Position numbers and translations under genes: made by a program. Positions 32,717 to 44,556 of a DNA stretch of 64,000 nucleotides are shown in pieces (the stretch's first letter is position 1; each line of letters opens with the position of its first letter). The notes beneath the pieces are model-generated. The model was given only the letters and a program-made list of their open reading frames with translations, searched no databases and was not told where the DNA came from. This DNA is from Candidatus Poribacteria bacterium (GTDB lineage: Bacteria > Poribacteria > WGA-4E > PCPOR2b), in assembly GCA_965218095.1 (NCBI GenBank), contig OZ244587.1:3936001-4000000 (forward strand). The letters run 5' to 3'.

Positions 32717-33652
32717 ATGATCGAACACATCTTTGAAGCAACCATTCGCTATGCGACGCCGCTTTTGCTTGTCGCCCTTGGAGAAATTATCGCCGAACGC
32801 GCCGGGGCGATCAATATCGGGCTTGAGGGCATGATGATTCTGGGGGCTTTTACCGGCTGGCTGGGTTCATTCTATATCCAGGGCATGAACCCTGGGCTTG
32901 CGCCAGGGCTGGGTATTCTGTTCAGTGGACTGAGTGGCGTAATTTTAGCTGGGCTCTTCGCGATCTTTATTTTGTGGTTAAAAACCGATCAAGTCGTGAC
33001 AGGCACGGGGATCAACCTCTTAGCTTTCGGGCTCGTCGAAGTGTTGTACCGCCGGATCTTTGGCGTTACCGGAGAGGCGCTAAAGGTGACGATCTTCCAA
33101 CCAATTCATATCCCACTCCTATCCAAAATTCCGTTTATCGGTCCCGTCCTATTTCAGCACAATCTCCTGGTCTATGTGGCATTTCTCGCTGTTCCGCTCG
33201 TCTACTTTTACCTGTTTCACACGCATCACGGTCTCGCTATCCAAGCCTGCGGTGAACACCCCAAGGCAGCGGATACGGTCGGCGTAGACGTTCACCGGTT
33301 GCAGGCAAAATGTGTCCTCTTTGGCGGGTTTATGGCGGGGCTTGCCGGGGGGTATCTCTCACTGGCGGATGTGCCATACTTCAGCACGGAGATGACCGCC
33401 GGGCGCGGCTTTGTCGCACTCTCGATTGTCATCTTTGGGAAGTGGCATCCCGTCAAGGCATGCGGCGCAGCGCTATTATTCGGTCTTGCCAACGCCCTGC
33501 CAGACCGTTTGCAAGCAATACCAGATCTCGGGTTTATTCCCTACCAATTCTTCTTAATGCTGCCCTACGTCTTGACGCTCCTGGTTCTGGCTGGATTCGT
33601 TGGACACGCCAAACCACCTACCGCGCTGGCGCTTCCCTATCGAAGAGAATAG
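32717..33652 (+). CDS. ABC transporter permease (nucleoside/BMP type)
   Basis: ERAGAINIGLEG, GEHPKAADTVG, AGRGFVAL. Confidence 0.88.
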   Translation: MIEHIFEATIRYATPLLLVALGEIIAERAGAINIGLEGMMILGAFTGWLGSFYIQGMNPGLAPGLGILFSGLSGVILAGLFAIFILWLKTDQVVTGTGINLLAFGLVEVLYRRIFGVTGEALKVTIFQPIHIPLLSKIPFIGPVLFQHNLLVYVAFLAVPLVYFYLFHTHHGLAIQACGEHPKAADTVGVDVHRLQAKCVLFGGFMAGLAGGYLSLADVPYFSTEMTAGRGFVALSIVIFGKWHPVKACGAALLFGLANALPDRLQAIPDLGFIPYQFFLMLPYVLTLLVLAGFVGHAKPPTALALPYRRE

Positions 33653-33657
33653 ATTTG

Positions 33658-35076
33658 TCACGAAACGGCATCCGCTTTGACCGCACACGGCACGATAATC
33701 GAATCGACCATGCCGTGCAGCACTTTTTTGTCGTCGGGGCAGATGGTCGCCTGAATCCCAGCGAGGCGAATCTTGTCTTCCGTTGTAAAGTAATAGGGAC
33801 GAAGCATTACTCTTCCCAGCATCCGTCGAACCTCGCCGAGATCGAAGTCGTAATGGGTCATGGTGGCCCGATTGGCTTTATGGAATTTTTGCAGGATGTA
33901 AGGGGTTTGATGGAAACTCGTCAGCGTGGTTTCCACGACATGCTCCCAATCCTCGGTGGAGAGGTCATGCCCAATTGAGACCCCCCGACTCCCCCATGCC
34001 AATTCCGAGAATCCTGATGGTTTGATAACAATCTCACGCTGACGCTGCGTGACAGGAATGATTTGCCGCCAGTTTGTGACAGGCACCCCGTCGATTTCGA
34101 GGTCTGGAATGACGGCGTGTGGTGGGAGTTCACGCGGATCAAGCAGCCACGTCTGTGGAATGACGTTCGGCAGGAATCGGTACGTTTTTTTGCCAAGTTC
34201 TCTTCGCCAGAAAGGTTGGAGAGTTGGGTGATGAAGTAGCGCAAATAGCAACTTTTCTTCAAGGTATGCCTTCGGTGGCGGGGTCATGACCACCGTTCGT
34301 CTCTTGGCGCTGTAGAGCATCAACTCTATTTTGGGGATGTTTTTCAGATCGAACAATTCAAAGAAGCGATAGAGAACATCAATTTGAACCCTGCTATAGT
34401 CCGATTCAAGGAACAACCCATTTTCCGCAAAGATTACTTCGCGTGGTTTGATGGCGTAGGTATCCAAGCCAGCTTCACGCAGAGCAGACTCAAACCACTT
34501 CATTTCGTCCCAGTAATCTTGCGACTCATCGGAAACGACGATAGCCAGCGTCGGGGATTCGCGTTTTGCAAGGGCTCTGATCATCTCTGCAAAACTGAGC
34601 ATCATCCCATTGCTACCGCCAACGATGTTGTAGTCAAGTTTGGCGTACTGCGTCGCCAGATTTCCCGTGAACCCCATACCCCCGGGGACGGAATCCAGTT
34701 CGGTGATGATAAAGCCATCTGAAGTCGGCAAGATGTCCGGACGGATGACTTGCGGCAGTTGGCTTTTGAAGCGATTCATTCGACCGAGCTCGATAACGGA
34801 CTCTGGCTTTCCCTGATCAAGGTACGCTGCAACCCAACCTGGCTGAATGCCCCGCACGCTCTGCGAGTAGAGTAGATTACAGGCCTGGTAAAACCGCAAT
34901 AGATGTGTCCCAAGTGCCTCAAACCATTCCAGATCTCCCTGAGAAATCCAAAACGGCTCCGGCGAAATGCGCCACGGTGTATTACTATCGGGGTGAACCG
35001 CCTTCTTTTCTCCTGTGAAGAGTCCCTCTTTGGGAATCTGGCTGTTAATAAATAAACACTTTTCTTCAGCATTCAA
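33658..35076 (-). CDS. ATP-grasp-like protein (glutathionylspermidine synthase / circularly permuted type)
   Basis: RPDIL...TELDSVPGG, YRFFELFD, VIKPSG, YILQKF. Confidence 0.55.
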   Translation of the reverse strand: MNAEEKCLFINSQIPKEGLFTGEKKAVHPDSNTPWRISPEPFWISQGDLEWFEALGTHLLRFYQACNLLYSQSVRGIQPGWVAAYLDQGKPESVIELGRMNRFKSQLPQVIRPDILPTSDGFIITELDSVPGGMGFTGNLATQYAKLDYNIVGGSNGMMLSFAEMIRALAKRESPTLAIVVSDESQDYWDEMKWFESALREAGLDTYAIKPREVIFAENGLFLESDYSRVQIDVLYRFFELFDLKNIPKIELMLYSAKRRTVVMTPPPKAYLEEKLLFALLHHPTLQPFWRRELGKKTYRFLPNVIPQTWLLDPRELPPHAVIPDLEIDGVPVTNWRQIIPVTQRQREIVIKPSGFSELAWGSRGVSIGHDLSTEDWEHVVETTLTSFHQTPYILQKFHKANRATMTHYDFDLGEVRRMLGRVMLRPYYFTTEDKIRLAGIQATICPDDKKVLHGMVDSIIVPCAVKADAVS

Positions 35077-35469
35077 ACCAATACTCCTTGCGTATTGCGT
35101 ATATCTTAAGTCTACAAGTTCATAATCCTATCACAGCTTGACCTGTTTGACGAAAGCAATCCGGTTTGGTTGCAATATGTTGAATCACATTGCGAGATAC
35201 CGAGCTACAATGTTAATGATCATGGCAGCGAGCGCTCCGATACATGAACTTCCAACAGTCATATCCGTGATGTCAATGTTGAAAGATCGAATCCCTGCTT
35301 CGACAGTGAATCGCTGACCTGCGCTTTCATATATCAATGCGTCCAGATTCAAAGATGATGCGTAACTATAACACTGAGAAAAAACGTTGTCAACAGAAAA
35401 TTCACTTGACATCTTGTCCGGGTGTCTGTTAAGATATAGCCGCTTATCGTCCAGAAGGGGCTTTGAACA

Positions 35470-35706
35470 ATATCTACCGTTCTGAGAAGTGGCCCGTACC
35501 GAATATACCTCTGGAGTCACGAACCCAATGAACCACCACCTGTTCATGTTGATCGTAATGCCAATTCAGCCAAGTTCTGGCTTGGGCCTGTTAGCCTTGC
35601 CCACAATCTTGGTTTCAGTGCAATAGAGTTGTGCAGAATCGAGCGGATAGTAGCCGAGCATGAACAAGAACCTTTGAAGGTGTGGCATGACTACTTTGGA
35701 CATTAA
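35470..35706 (+). pseudogene. DUF4160 toxin with lost start codon (ATA) (not in ORF track)
   Basis: Open frame ISTVLRSGPYRIYLWSHEPNEPPPVHV...AKFWL...VWHDYFGH*; RBS gaagggg 9 nt upstream. Confidence 0.8.
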
Positions 35707-35971
35707 ACCGGGTAAAGGTGTCAAAGATGTACGCGTTACTGAAGACACCTTAAGCGCAGACCTCATCGACGGACGCACCATTATCGTGCCGTTGGTATGG
35801 TATCCGAGACTACTTCATGCGACGCCGGCACAGCGGGCGCATTGGCAAATATGTGGCGGCGGCTATAGTATTCACTGGCCAGGTATCGATGAAGATTTGA
35901 GCATAGAAGGCTTACTACGAGGCTCCCCTGCTCCTCGCCGTGTCGTGCTAGTAAACCAGGCAGCTGATTAA
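35687..35971 (+). CDS. DUF2442 antitoxin-like protein
   Basis: DGRTIIVPLVWYPRLLHAT, IHWPGIDEDLS. Confidence 0.9.
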   Translation: MTTLDIKPGKGVKDVRVTEDTLSADLIDGRTIIVPLVWYPRLLHATPAQRAHWQICGGGYSIHWPGIDEDLSIEGLLRGSPAPRRVVLVNQAAD

Positions 35972-36111
35972 TGCCGAATGCAGACATATCATACAGAATT
36001 GTAATCCGATAAACTCAATTGATTGGATACCCCACTATTGGGGCACATACCAGAAAGAAATAATCATGAAGATTTTCCACCAATACACCCACATTGCAAG
36101 CCAAACAAGTA

Positions 36112-36267
36112 ATGATATGCTATACTACCTCTATCTCTTTTTGTTGTATTTGCGCTGTGATGGTGGGCTGGTGGACCTCACGAGAAAGACGTAGAGATTT
36201 CCCCACATCAGATTGTTCATTGACGCCCATCATCGAAAACGCATTCGGTGGTGGGCGTTTTTATTTT
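36112..36267 (+). promoter_or_regulatory. Trp-type transcription attenuator leader
   Basis: Leader frame ...MVGWWTS with tandem TGG at 36169-36174; terminator hairpin 36223-36258 plus U-tract just before the RBS. Confidence 0.65.
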
Positions 36268-36282
36268 CAGGAGGCAGCAAAA

Positions 36283-37350
36283 ATGATGCAAACCAATGGT
36301 ACGATTGACAGAAATGTCAAGGACTATCAGACCTTAATGAGTCCAAGACAATTGGTGACAGATCTGCCAAGAACAGATACGATGACGCAGACAGTCGAAT
36401 ATGGCAGAACCAGCATCAAAAATATCTTGGATGGCACCGATTCACGAAAGTTCGTCATTGTTGGGCCTTGTTCGATTCATGATCCGGAAGCGGCCCATGA
36501 CTACGCCGCAAGATTAAAGGAGATTTCAGATGTCGTTTCAGACCATTTAGTCATTATAATGAGGTCTTATTTTGAAAAACCTCGCACCAGTTTAGGCTGG
36601 AAAGGCTTAATTTACGATCCGCATCTCAATGGAGAGGGGGATATCAAGGGGGGCTTGCACATTTCAAGAAGAATATTAATGGATAATCTTGAAATGGGGT
36701 TGCCGTGCGCCACGGAATATCTTGAATCGTTCACGCCCCAGTATAATTCTGATTTAATATCGTGGGCAGCGATTGGCGCACGAACAGCAGAATCGCCACA
36801 GCATAGACAGCTCGCTTCGGGGCTCTCCATGCCGGTCGGCTTCAAGAACAGCACGCAGGGCGACATCTCCATCGCGGTCAATGGGATTTTATCTGCACAA
36901 GGTGAACATTCTTTTTTGGGAATCGATGGATATGGCGTCCCCTGTGTTGTACGAACAACGGGTAATTCATATACCCATATTGTGATAAGGGGTAGCAATA
37001 CGAGTTCAAATTATGACTCACAAAGCGTTCAAGACGCCCAAGCGATGCTGATGGAAGAGAACCTGCCTCCAAATGTTGTGATAGATTGCAGTCATGGAAA
37101 TTCAGAGAAAGATTACGGCAAGCAACCCATTGTTTTTGAGGAAGCGCTGAAACAGATTCGTGACGGAAATGATGGGATTGTGGGAATCATGCTAGAATCA
37201 AATATTAAGGCTGGAAATCAGAAAATACCTTCTGACTTGACGGGGTTTGATCGATCAGAACTTGAGTACGGCGTTTCCGTCACTGACAGTTGTGTTGATT
37301 GGGAAACCACCGCTTCATTGCTTAAGGCAGCACATAAAAGCCTTGCTTGA
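36283..37350 (+). CDS. Class I-alpha DAHP synthase (AroF/G/H family)
   Basis: VGPCSIHD, YFEKPRT, IGART, DCSHGNS, YGVSVTDSC. Confidence 0.95.
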   Translation: MMQTNGTIDRNVKDYQTLMSPRQLVTDLPRTDTMTQTVEYGRTSIKNILDGTDSRKFVIVGPCSIHDPEAAHDYAARLKEISDVVSDHLVIIMRSYFEKPRTSLGWKGLIYDPHLNGEGDIKGGLHISRRILMDNLEMGLPCATEYLESFTPQYNSDLISWAAIGARTAESPQHRQLASGLSMPVGFKNSTQGDISIAVNGILSAQGEHSFLGIDGYGVPCVVRTTGNSYTHIVIRGSNTSSNYDSQSVQDAQAMLMEENLPPNVVIDCSHGNSEKDYGKQPIVFEEALKQIRDGNDGIVGIMLESNIKAGNQKIPSDLTGFDRSELEYGVSVTDSCVDWETTASLLKAAHKSLA

Positions 37351-37640
37351 GTGACTTCAAGGACCTTCCGCACGTACTCAGGAGAATTTCCCAATGACAT
37401 GGTATGAAACGTTTTCTATGAAGACTGAGCAAGAAAAGATCTACATTTGACTGTGTATCATTTACGCTGATGCCGTCGCCACAGATTCGCGCAAAATGAG
37501 TTTATACCAGTCGTAAGGAGGTGATGAAAGTAGGGTTGACGACTACCGACGAACCGGGTTTACATGACGCCGAAGGCGATCTCGCATCGTTAGAAGAACA
37601 TACCGAATTCAACACAATCACGAAAAAGGAGAATCACACT

Positions 37641-39176
37641 ATGTCAGAGAAGATTTACATTTTCGATACAACCCTCCGTGACGCTGAGCAGACGCCTGGC
37701 GCCGCACTCAATATTGAGGAAAAACTGGAGATTGCCAAACACCTGGCGAAACTGAATGTCGATATTATCGAAGCGGGCTTCCCTATCTCTTCGCCCGGCG
37801 ATTTTGATGCCGTGAAACGTATTTCCCATGAAGTCGAGGGCCCGGAAATTTGTGGGCTTTCACGCGTGGTAGAAAAGGATATCACCGCTGCATGGGGGGC
37901 AATTAAGGACGCGCCAAAACCACGCATTCACACTTTCGTTGGCACATCGGATATCCATATTGTCGGCATTACGAGATCTGATCGCGAGACGATTCTGAAA
38001 CGAGCAATCGATGCCGTCGCCTATGCAAAGAGCCTGTCTGCCGGACACCCAAATGTGAGGGTTGAATTTTCACCGATGGATGCCGCACGAACAGAACCAA
38101 GCTATCTCTACGAAGTTGTTGAGGCGACAATCAATGCCGGGGCGGCAATCATCAATATCCCCGATACGGTCGGCTATGCGATTCCGTCTGAGTTTGGACA
38201 GTTCATCGCGGACATCTTCGCCAATGTGCCGAACATCGACAAAGCAATCGTCAGCGTCCATTGCCACAACGATCTGGGGCTCGCAGTCGCCAATAGTATC
38301 GCGGCAATCAAGAACGGCGGACGCCAGGTTGAATGCACCGTTAACGGTCTCGGTGAACGTGCCGGCAATACATCATTGGAAGAGATCGTGATGGCAATCC
38401 GGACGCGCCCGGATCACTTCAAGGGCTTTTACACAGACATCAACGCGAAAGAGATCGTCCCAATTAGCAATCGGGTCAGTCGGACGATGGGAATACCCGT
38501 TCAGCCGAACAAAGCCATCGTCGGCGCGAATGCCTTCGCACATAGCTCCGGCATTCACCAGGATGGCGTCATCAAGCAGCGGGACACCTTCGAGATCATC
38601 GCCCCTGAAGATGTGGGTCTGAACGAGAGCCAGATTATCCTCAGTCCCAGATCTGGGCGAAACGCGCTAAGGCATCGTCTGAACGTCCTTGGCTATGATG
38701 TCACGCCTGAGCAACTTGATAAGATTTATGAGCAATTCCTTGAAGTCGCTGATAAGAAGAAAGGTGTTCACGATGCCGATCTCGAGGCAATCATGAGAGA
38801 CGAGGTTCACTCAATCCCCGAAGTCTTCCGACTTGAGTACATTCAGGTTGTCAGCGGGACGAAGATCTCCCCAACAACGACGGTCGGTGTCCGAACCGAG
38901 GCAGACGTCGTTGAAGAAGCCTCAGCCGGCGATGGGCCCGTCGATGCCGCCTACAAAGCGATTGATCGGGTTGCCAAGATTCCTCTCGTACTCACGGATT
39001 ACAGCATCCGTGCTGTGACGGAGGGAAAGGATGCTATCGGTGAGGTCACAATCAAAGTGCAGGACAACGGACACACAGTCATCGGACATGGCGCAAGCAC
39101 AGATATCATTGAGGCAAGTGCGAAAGCCTACATTGATGCCATCAACAAGGTTGTCCATATGCGCTATGAAGCGTAG
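37641..39176 (+). CDS. leuA: 2-isopropylmalate synthase
   Basis: FDTTLRDAEQ, HCHNDLG, GERAGN, HSSGIHQDG, regulatory-domain GDGPVDA. Confidence 0.95.
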   Translation: MSEKIYIFDTTLRDAEQTPGAALNIEEKLEIAKHLAKLNVDIIEAGFPISSPGDFDAVKRISHEVEGPEICGLSRVVEKDITAAWGAIKDAPKPRIHTFVGTSDIHIVGITRSDRETILKRAIDAVAYAKSLSAGHPNVRVEFSPMDAARTEPSYLYEVVEATINAGAAIINIPDTVGYAIPSEFGQFIADIFANVPNIDKAIVSVHCHNDLGLAVANSIAAIKNGGRQVECTVNGLGERAGNTSLEEIVMAIRTRPDHFKGFYTDINAKEIVPISNRVSRTMGIPVQPNKAIVGANAFAHSSGIHQDGVIKQRDTFEIIAPEDVGLNESQIILSPRSGRNALRHRLNVLGYDVTPEQLDKIYEQFLEVADKKKGVHDADLEAIMRDEVHSIPEVFRLEYIQVVSGTKISPTTTVGVRTEADVVEEASAGDGPVDAAYKAIDRVAKIPLVLTDYSIRAVTEGKDAIGEVTIKVQDNGHTVIGHGASTDIIEASAKAYIDAINKVVHMRYEA

Positions 39177-39194
39177 AACGAGAAAACCATGAAC

Positions 39195-39247
39195 CAGAAA
39201 GCCGCAGGGGGACGGTGCGTTGTGCTCCTAGGGCTTTCTGATTTTTT
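39195..39247 (+). terminator. Terminator after leuA
   Basis: cagaaagcc...ggctttctg followed by T6. Confidence 0.65.
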
Positions 39248-39658
39248 AACTTAGATGTCGCACGATAGTATAGAATAGAGAATTGCTACTATTTCACGTT
39301 TAGACTTGATCCACAACAGGGGATCTGCTATAATCATGCAGATGATTGATGGATAAAGTAGTAAAGTAAAATTTATTGCGCTGATGACTTGGGTTGGTAT
39401 TAAAGAATGAACCCGTAATCGTTAAAAAAGGCACTTTGTGAATTCGGAATCCACGATTACGAACAGGAAGCTAGACGCAATTATAAAAAAGTGAGAGATA
39501 GGAAACAACTTTTTGCAAACTCGATCCGGACATGGCTTACCAAAAGTGTCCTCGACTAAAGGAACTCTTGGATCAGATGTTACAGCTCGCAAAACAAGCT
39601 GGTCTTTGACAAATTCGATTGACGCCAGCATTAGAAATTTGAAGGGAAAAGTATCCCA

Positions 39659-40687
39659 ATGAAAGAAATCAGAGTCGGCATCATAGGCGCGGGTGGAATT
39701 GCAGGCGCAAAGCATCTGCCAGGACACCGGAAGGTCAAAGGCGTCTCCGTGCTCGCTGTGTGCGACATCGATGAACAGCATGCAAAGAATTTCGCTAAAA
39801 AACATGAAATCAAATACGTCTTCACGGATTACAATGATCTCGTCGCAATGCCTGAATTGGATGCGGTCAGCGTTTGTACACCGAATAATTTTCATGCGGG
39901 GCCGACGATCGCGGCGCTAAAAGCGGGGATGCACGTCATCTGTGAAAAGCCGATCGCCGGGAATGCCAAAGATGGACAGGCGATGGTCGATGCCCAAAAG
40001 GAATCCGGGAAAGTGCTTCAGATTGGATTGCAATCACGATTCAGGACGGAATCGCGGACATTGCGGAAGCTATGCGAAGATGGGTTTTTCGGTGATATTT
40101 ACTACGCACGCGCAATGGTAATGCGGCGTCGGGGGGTGCCCGCTGCACCGACATTTATCCAGAAATCGATCTCCGGGGGAGGGCCCCTCATTGACATTGG
40201 GGTGCATATCCTCGATGTCCTGCTGTGGATGATTGGCAGCCCGCAGCCGATTGAGGTGTTTGGATCTGTTGCGCAGAAATTTGGACACCGACGTAATGTA
40301 ATCAACCCCTGGGGAAAATGGAATCCCGCTAAGTTTGATGTCGAAGATTTCGCCATGGGCGTCATCCGTTTTGAAGGGGGTTTAACCGTGACGTTGGAAA
40401 CCGCGTGGGCATCTCATATCGAGAAAACCGGAACGACTTTTTTCATGGGTAATCAAGCGGGCGCAACATATAACCCTGCGCGTATCTATACGGATAAAGA
40501 TGACGAAATGATTGATTACGAACCCGAGATACTTACCGGGTTACCAGGTGAATTTGAGTCTTTCCACAAAGCCATTCGTGAAGGGTTGCCATCACCCGTG
40601 CCAGCGGAAGAGGTGCTGACCGTCGCGAAAATCTTCGATGCCCTCTACGAATCTGCCCGAATCGGTCGGTCGACACCGATTCTCTAA
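39659..40687 (+). CDS. Gfo/Idh/MocA oxidoreductase
   Basis: GIIGAGGIA, CEKP, GGGPLIDIGVH. Confidence 0.9.
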   Translation: MKEIRVGIIGAGGIAGAKHLPGHRKVKGVSVLAVCDIDEQHAKNFAKKHEIKYVFTDYNDLVAMPELDAVSVCTPNNFHAGPTIAALKAGMHVICEKPIAGNAKDGQAMVDAQKESGKVLQIGLQSRFRTESRTLRKLCEDGFFGDIYYARAMVMRRRGVPAAPTFIQKSISGGGPLIDIGVHILDVLLWMIGSPQPIEVFGSVAQKFGHRRNVINPWGKWNPAKFDVEDFAMGVIRFEGGLTVTLETAWASHIEKTGTTFFMGNQAGATYNPARIYTDKDDEMIDYEPEILTGLPGEFESFHKAIREGLPSPVPAEEVLTVAKIFDALYESARIGRSTPIL

Positions 40688-40753
40688 CAATTTGCTTGAA
40701 CTCTCCTATGTTTTTCATCGGGTGCTAATCGTGGACTTCGCTGATTTCAAAGA

Positions 40754-41260
40754 TTAGATTTGATCATGCAGATCGCTATATGAACCGGAAACGAGATCTT
40801 GATCCTGAATTCCGAGTACGTCTTTTACAAGCTGATGTTCTGTTTGTGCATCTGCTTCCGCCTGATCGCTGATTACCGTTTCCAATTCGACAAACTCACC
40901 CAGACTAACCACCTCATCCAGATGGATACGCGTGTTACCAAACACCCACAACTCCCTCTGTTTTTCGACGACAACCTTCACGCCAAGGACCATCGACATA
41001 ATCTGCTTCAACGCCGTCGGATTGGGAATATCGCAGATCTGATAATGACTATAACGCGAATCCGTTATATCTGGGCGTTCATAGTAAACCAGACATGCCT
41101 CACGATTATCAACTTCCCGGAGTTTCAATCTGCCTTTGGGTGGACTAAAATAGGTATCGATTTGCACCATTGTTCGACGGTATTCTGCCTTGAGATTGAC
41201 GAGTCGTTGACGGTATGCAGCCAGTGAACGACATTTCGCTTTGAATTCTAAATTTTTCAA
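40754..41260 (-). CDS. CYTH-domain protein (class IV adenylate cyclase-like)
   Basis: NLEFKAK, QIDTYF, RLKLRE, LGEFVELE; TTG start assumed. Confidence 0.88.
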   Translation of the reverse strand: MKNLEFKAKCRSLAAYRQRLVNLKAEYRRTMVQIDTYFSPPKGRLKLREVDNREACLVYYERPDITDSRYSHYQICDIPNPTALKQIMSMVLGVKVVVEKQRELWVFGNTRIHLDEVVSLGEFVELETVISDQAEADAQTEHQLVKDVLGIQDQDLVSGSYSDLHDQI

Positions 41261-41403
41261 TGTTTTTTGAGAGCTCCCTTTGTTCAAAAAAAACAGGGCC
41301 AGGAATCGCTTAACAAAGGCCGGTTTTACGGTCGAAATGACACCCTTCGGTTATCTCCACAAGTTTTCACTCCATGTCTCTGGCGAATCGCTTGGACGAG
41401 TGT

Positions 41404-42566
<1,163 letters not shown>

Positions 42567-42569
42567 ACC

Positions 42570-43775
42570 TCATCGTTTACGTTTCAGAAGGGGTATCAGC
42601 GCGGTGGTCGCCAACGGCAGCATCACCAATCCGTCCAACACCGTCGGCAGCCCAAAGTGATCGCCGAGCATACCCACTGGAATGCTCGACAGCCCGCCAA
42701 CGCCCCACGCAGCACCCATCATAAAACTGGAGGCGATGTTTTCGTTTTCGGGAAGCAACTGCTGGGCTAAAACGATATTAACCGTAATCGAACTGGAGAG
42801 GATGAAATTCCCTAGAAAAAGCAGAATCAGAAACAAGCCGCCCGTGCTATGCAGAGAGACGTATAAAAGTGGAGGTGCAGCGAGCAAAGAAAACAGCAAC
42901 AAGCCGTAGCGGTTAATCCAATCTGAAAGCGCGCCGCCAATCATGATACCCATCGAACCGGCGAAGATGAAAAGAGCAATAACTCCCGACCGCGCGAGGT
43001 TGGAGTACTGCTGGTCATCAAGGTACAACGACAGGAAATTTTCCAACCCAAGCGATGTTATTGTTCTGAGGACAGCGATCAGGTATAGCACAAGAATCCG
43101 ACGCCAATGAGGACGAATCACACCCCACAAATCTTTTCGCTTTTCAGGCAAGATCGGTGTGTCAATTACCGCTTGCGATGCCAAATTCGCGTTGACATGA
43201 GGTCGCTTCAAGATTTTCGGGATAAGTAACGCGATGAGAATTCCGGGGGGCATGCACCACGCCATCCACTTGAGCCCATAGCGGTACACCACCAGATACA
43301 TGATGAATAGTGGACCAAGGGCTCGCCCAATGTTTCCTCCCGTCAGGAACACCGATATGCCAAAGCCTCTACCCCCTTTGGCCAATGCAGCGGCTTGGGC
43401 GGTGGCTTGCGGGTGGAAGGCGGCGACACCGCAGCCACCGATTGCCAGCAGTACCAACACCAAAAGAAGCGAAGGTGCAACGCCCAGTAAGCTCAGACAA
43501 GCGACAGTCAGCACAACGCCAAAAGTCACGAAATGAATCGTCTTCACGCGGTCCGACAACCAACCGAAAAATACTTGCCCCAGTGAGCCAAAGCAGCTAT
43601 AGACTGAAATTAAAACCCCCGCGAGACTGTTTCGAGCAGCGGTTTGAGACGCGAGCTTTTTGAGCAGTAGGGGGAGCAGGTGCGGTAAGACGGTGGCGTA
43701 GGAATCAAGGACGGTATGGACAAATGTGAGGAAATAGAGTTGTTGGCGTGGAGAAGGTATAGTGGTTTTTGACAT
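42570..43775 (-). CDS. MFS transporter (Fsr-like)
   Basis: GWLSDR, AAFHPQA, GGNIG, multiple hydrophobic segments. Confidence 0.88.
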   Translation of the reverse strand: MSKTTIPSPRQQLYFLTFVHTVLDSYATVLPHLLPLLLKKLASQTAARNSLAGVLISVYSCFGSLGQVFFGWLSDRVKTIHFVTFGVVLTVACLSLLGVAPSLLLVLVLLAIGGCGVAAFHPQATAQAAALAKGGRGFGISVFLTGGNIGRALGPLFIMYLVVYRYGLKWMAWCMPPGILIALLIPKILKRPHVNANLASQAVIDTPILPEKRKDLWGVIRPHWRRILVLYLIAVLRTITSLGLENFLSLYLDDQQYSNLARSGVIALFIFAGSMGIMIGGALSDWINRYGLLLFSLLAAPPLLYVSLHSTGGLFLILLFLGNFILSSSITVNIVLAQQLLPENENIASSFMMGAAWGVGGLSSIPVGMLGDHFGLPTVLDGLVMLPLATTALIPLLKRKR

Positions 43776-43860
43776 CAATTTCAGGGGTTTAAGCAAGAGA
43801 TTCAAGAGGGTTCACAGATTCATTCGCGCATCGTATTTCGCTAACTTCAGAACGAATGAA

Positions 43861-44485
43861 CTAAAGAGATTCACCATTCAACTTCGCGTTTTCTTCGCAT
43901 GCGGCAAAGCAGCCGTCCAAAATTCCCAACACCTCTTCAGGTTTCTGAATCGAAGCAGGCATTGGATGACGGATAAAAAGATCCCTCTCCAGTTTGCCAA
44001 ACTGCCAAAGATCTCCTGTTGAAACGACGGCTAAGATCGGAATTTCATTGGTCCCATTTCTTCTGACAAATAACCAACTGAACGAGTGCCTGAAACTAAC
44101 CTTCTTCAAACTTTTCATCCTTGGCTTCGACGACGAGAAGAAGCGGTGTTGTTAGATCTTTCCAGCCTGTTTGTGTCTTCACCGATACCAACATAGTCTG
44201 GAATCGCTGTCAGATCATTGACCTGGATGGAAAGATGGCTAAACAGGTTGAGGTCTGGATGTCGCTTCCACGCTTCTTTTAGAAAAGGAACGATCAGAAA
44301 CTCACAAGCAAATGCTTCTTTGTCAACCGCACCACGATGGGTCATCGCAAACTCCAAATCTTCCAACATCAGTGGGTTTAAGGCAATTTGAGGTGGGTTT
44401 CTGAGATCGATGAATTATCGTATTGAAAGCCTATACCGAAATGTCTTAAGATATCTCCTGATTTCTTGAAATCACTAACGGTCAT
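43861..44485 (-). pseudogene. Frameshifted hypothetical protein (PD-(D/E)xK-like fold suspected)
   Basis: Fragments MTVSDFKK / EAFACEFLIVPFLKEAWK...IPDY / AKDEKFEEG*FQAL / VSTGDLWQFGKL in changing frames. Confidence 0.65.
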
Positions 44486-44556
44486 TTCTTTTCTTCCTTC
44501 CCTGATCCTGTTCAACGCGACAATGTAAACGTCAAATGAAATCTTGAAGTTGAATA

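Noticed and set aside
37521-37640. Leu attenuator or N-terminal extension of leuA
   Set aside because: No Leu-codon run or terminator; a good RBS precedes ATG 37641
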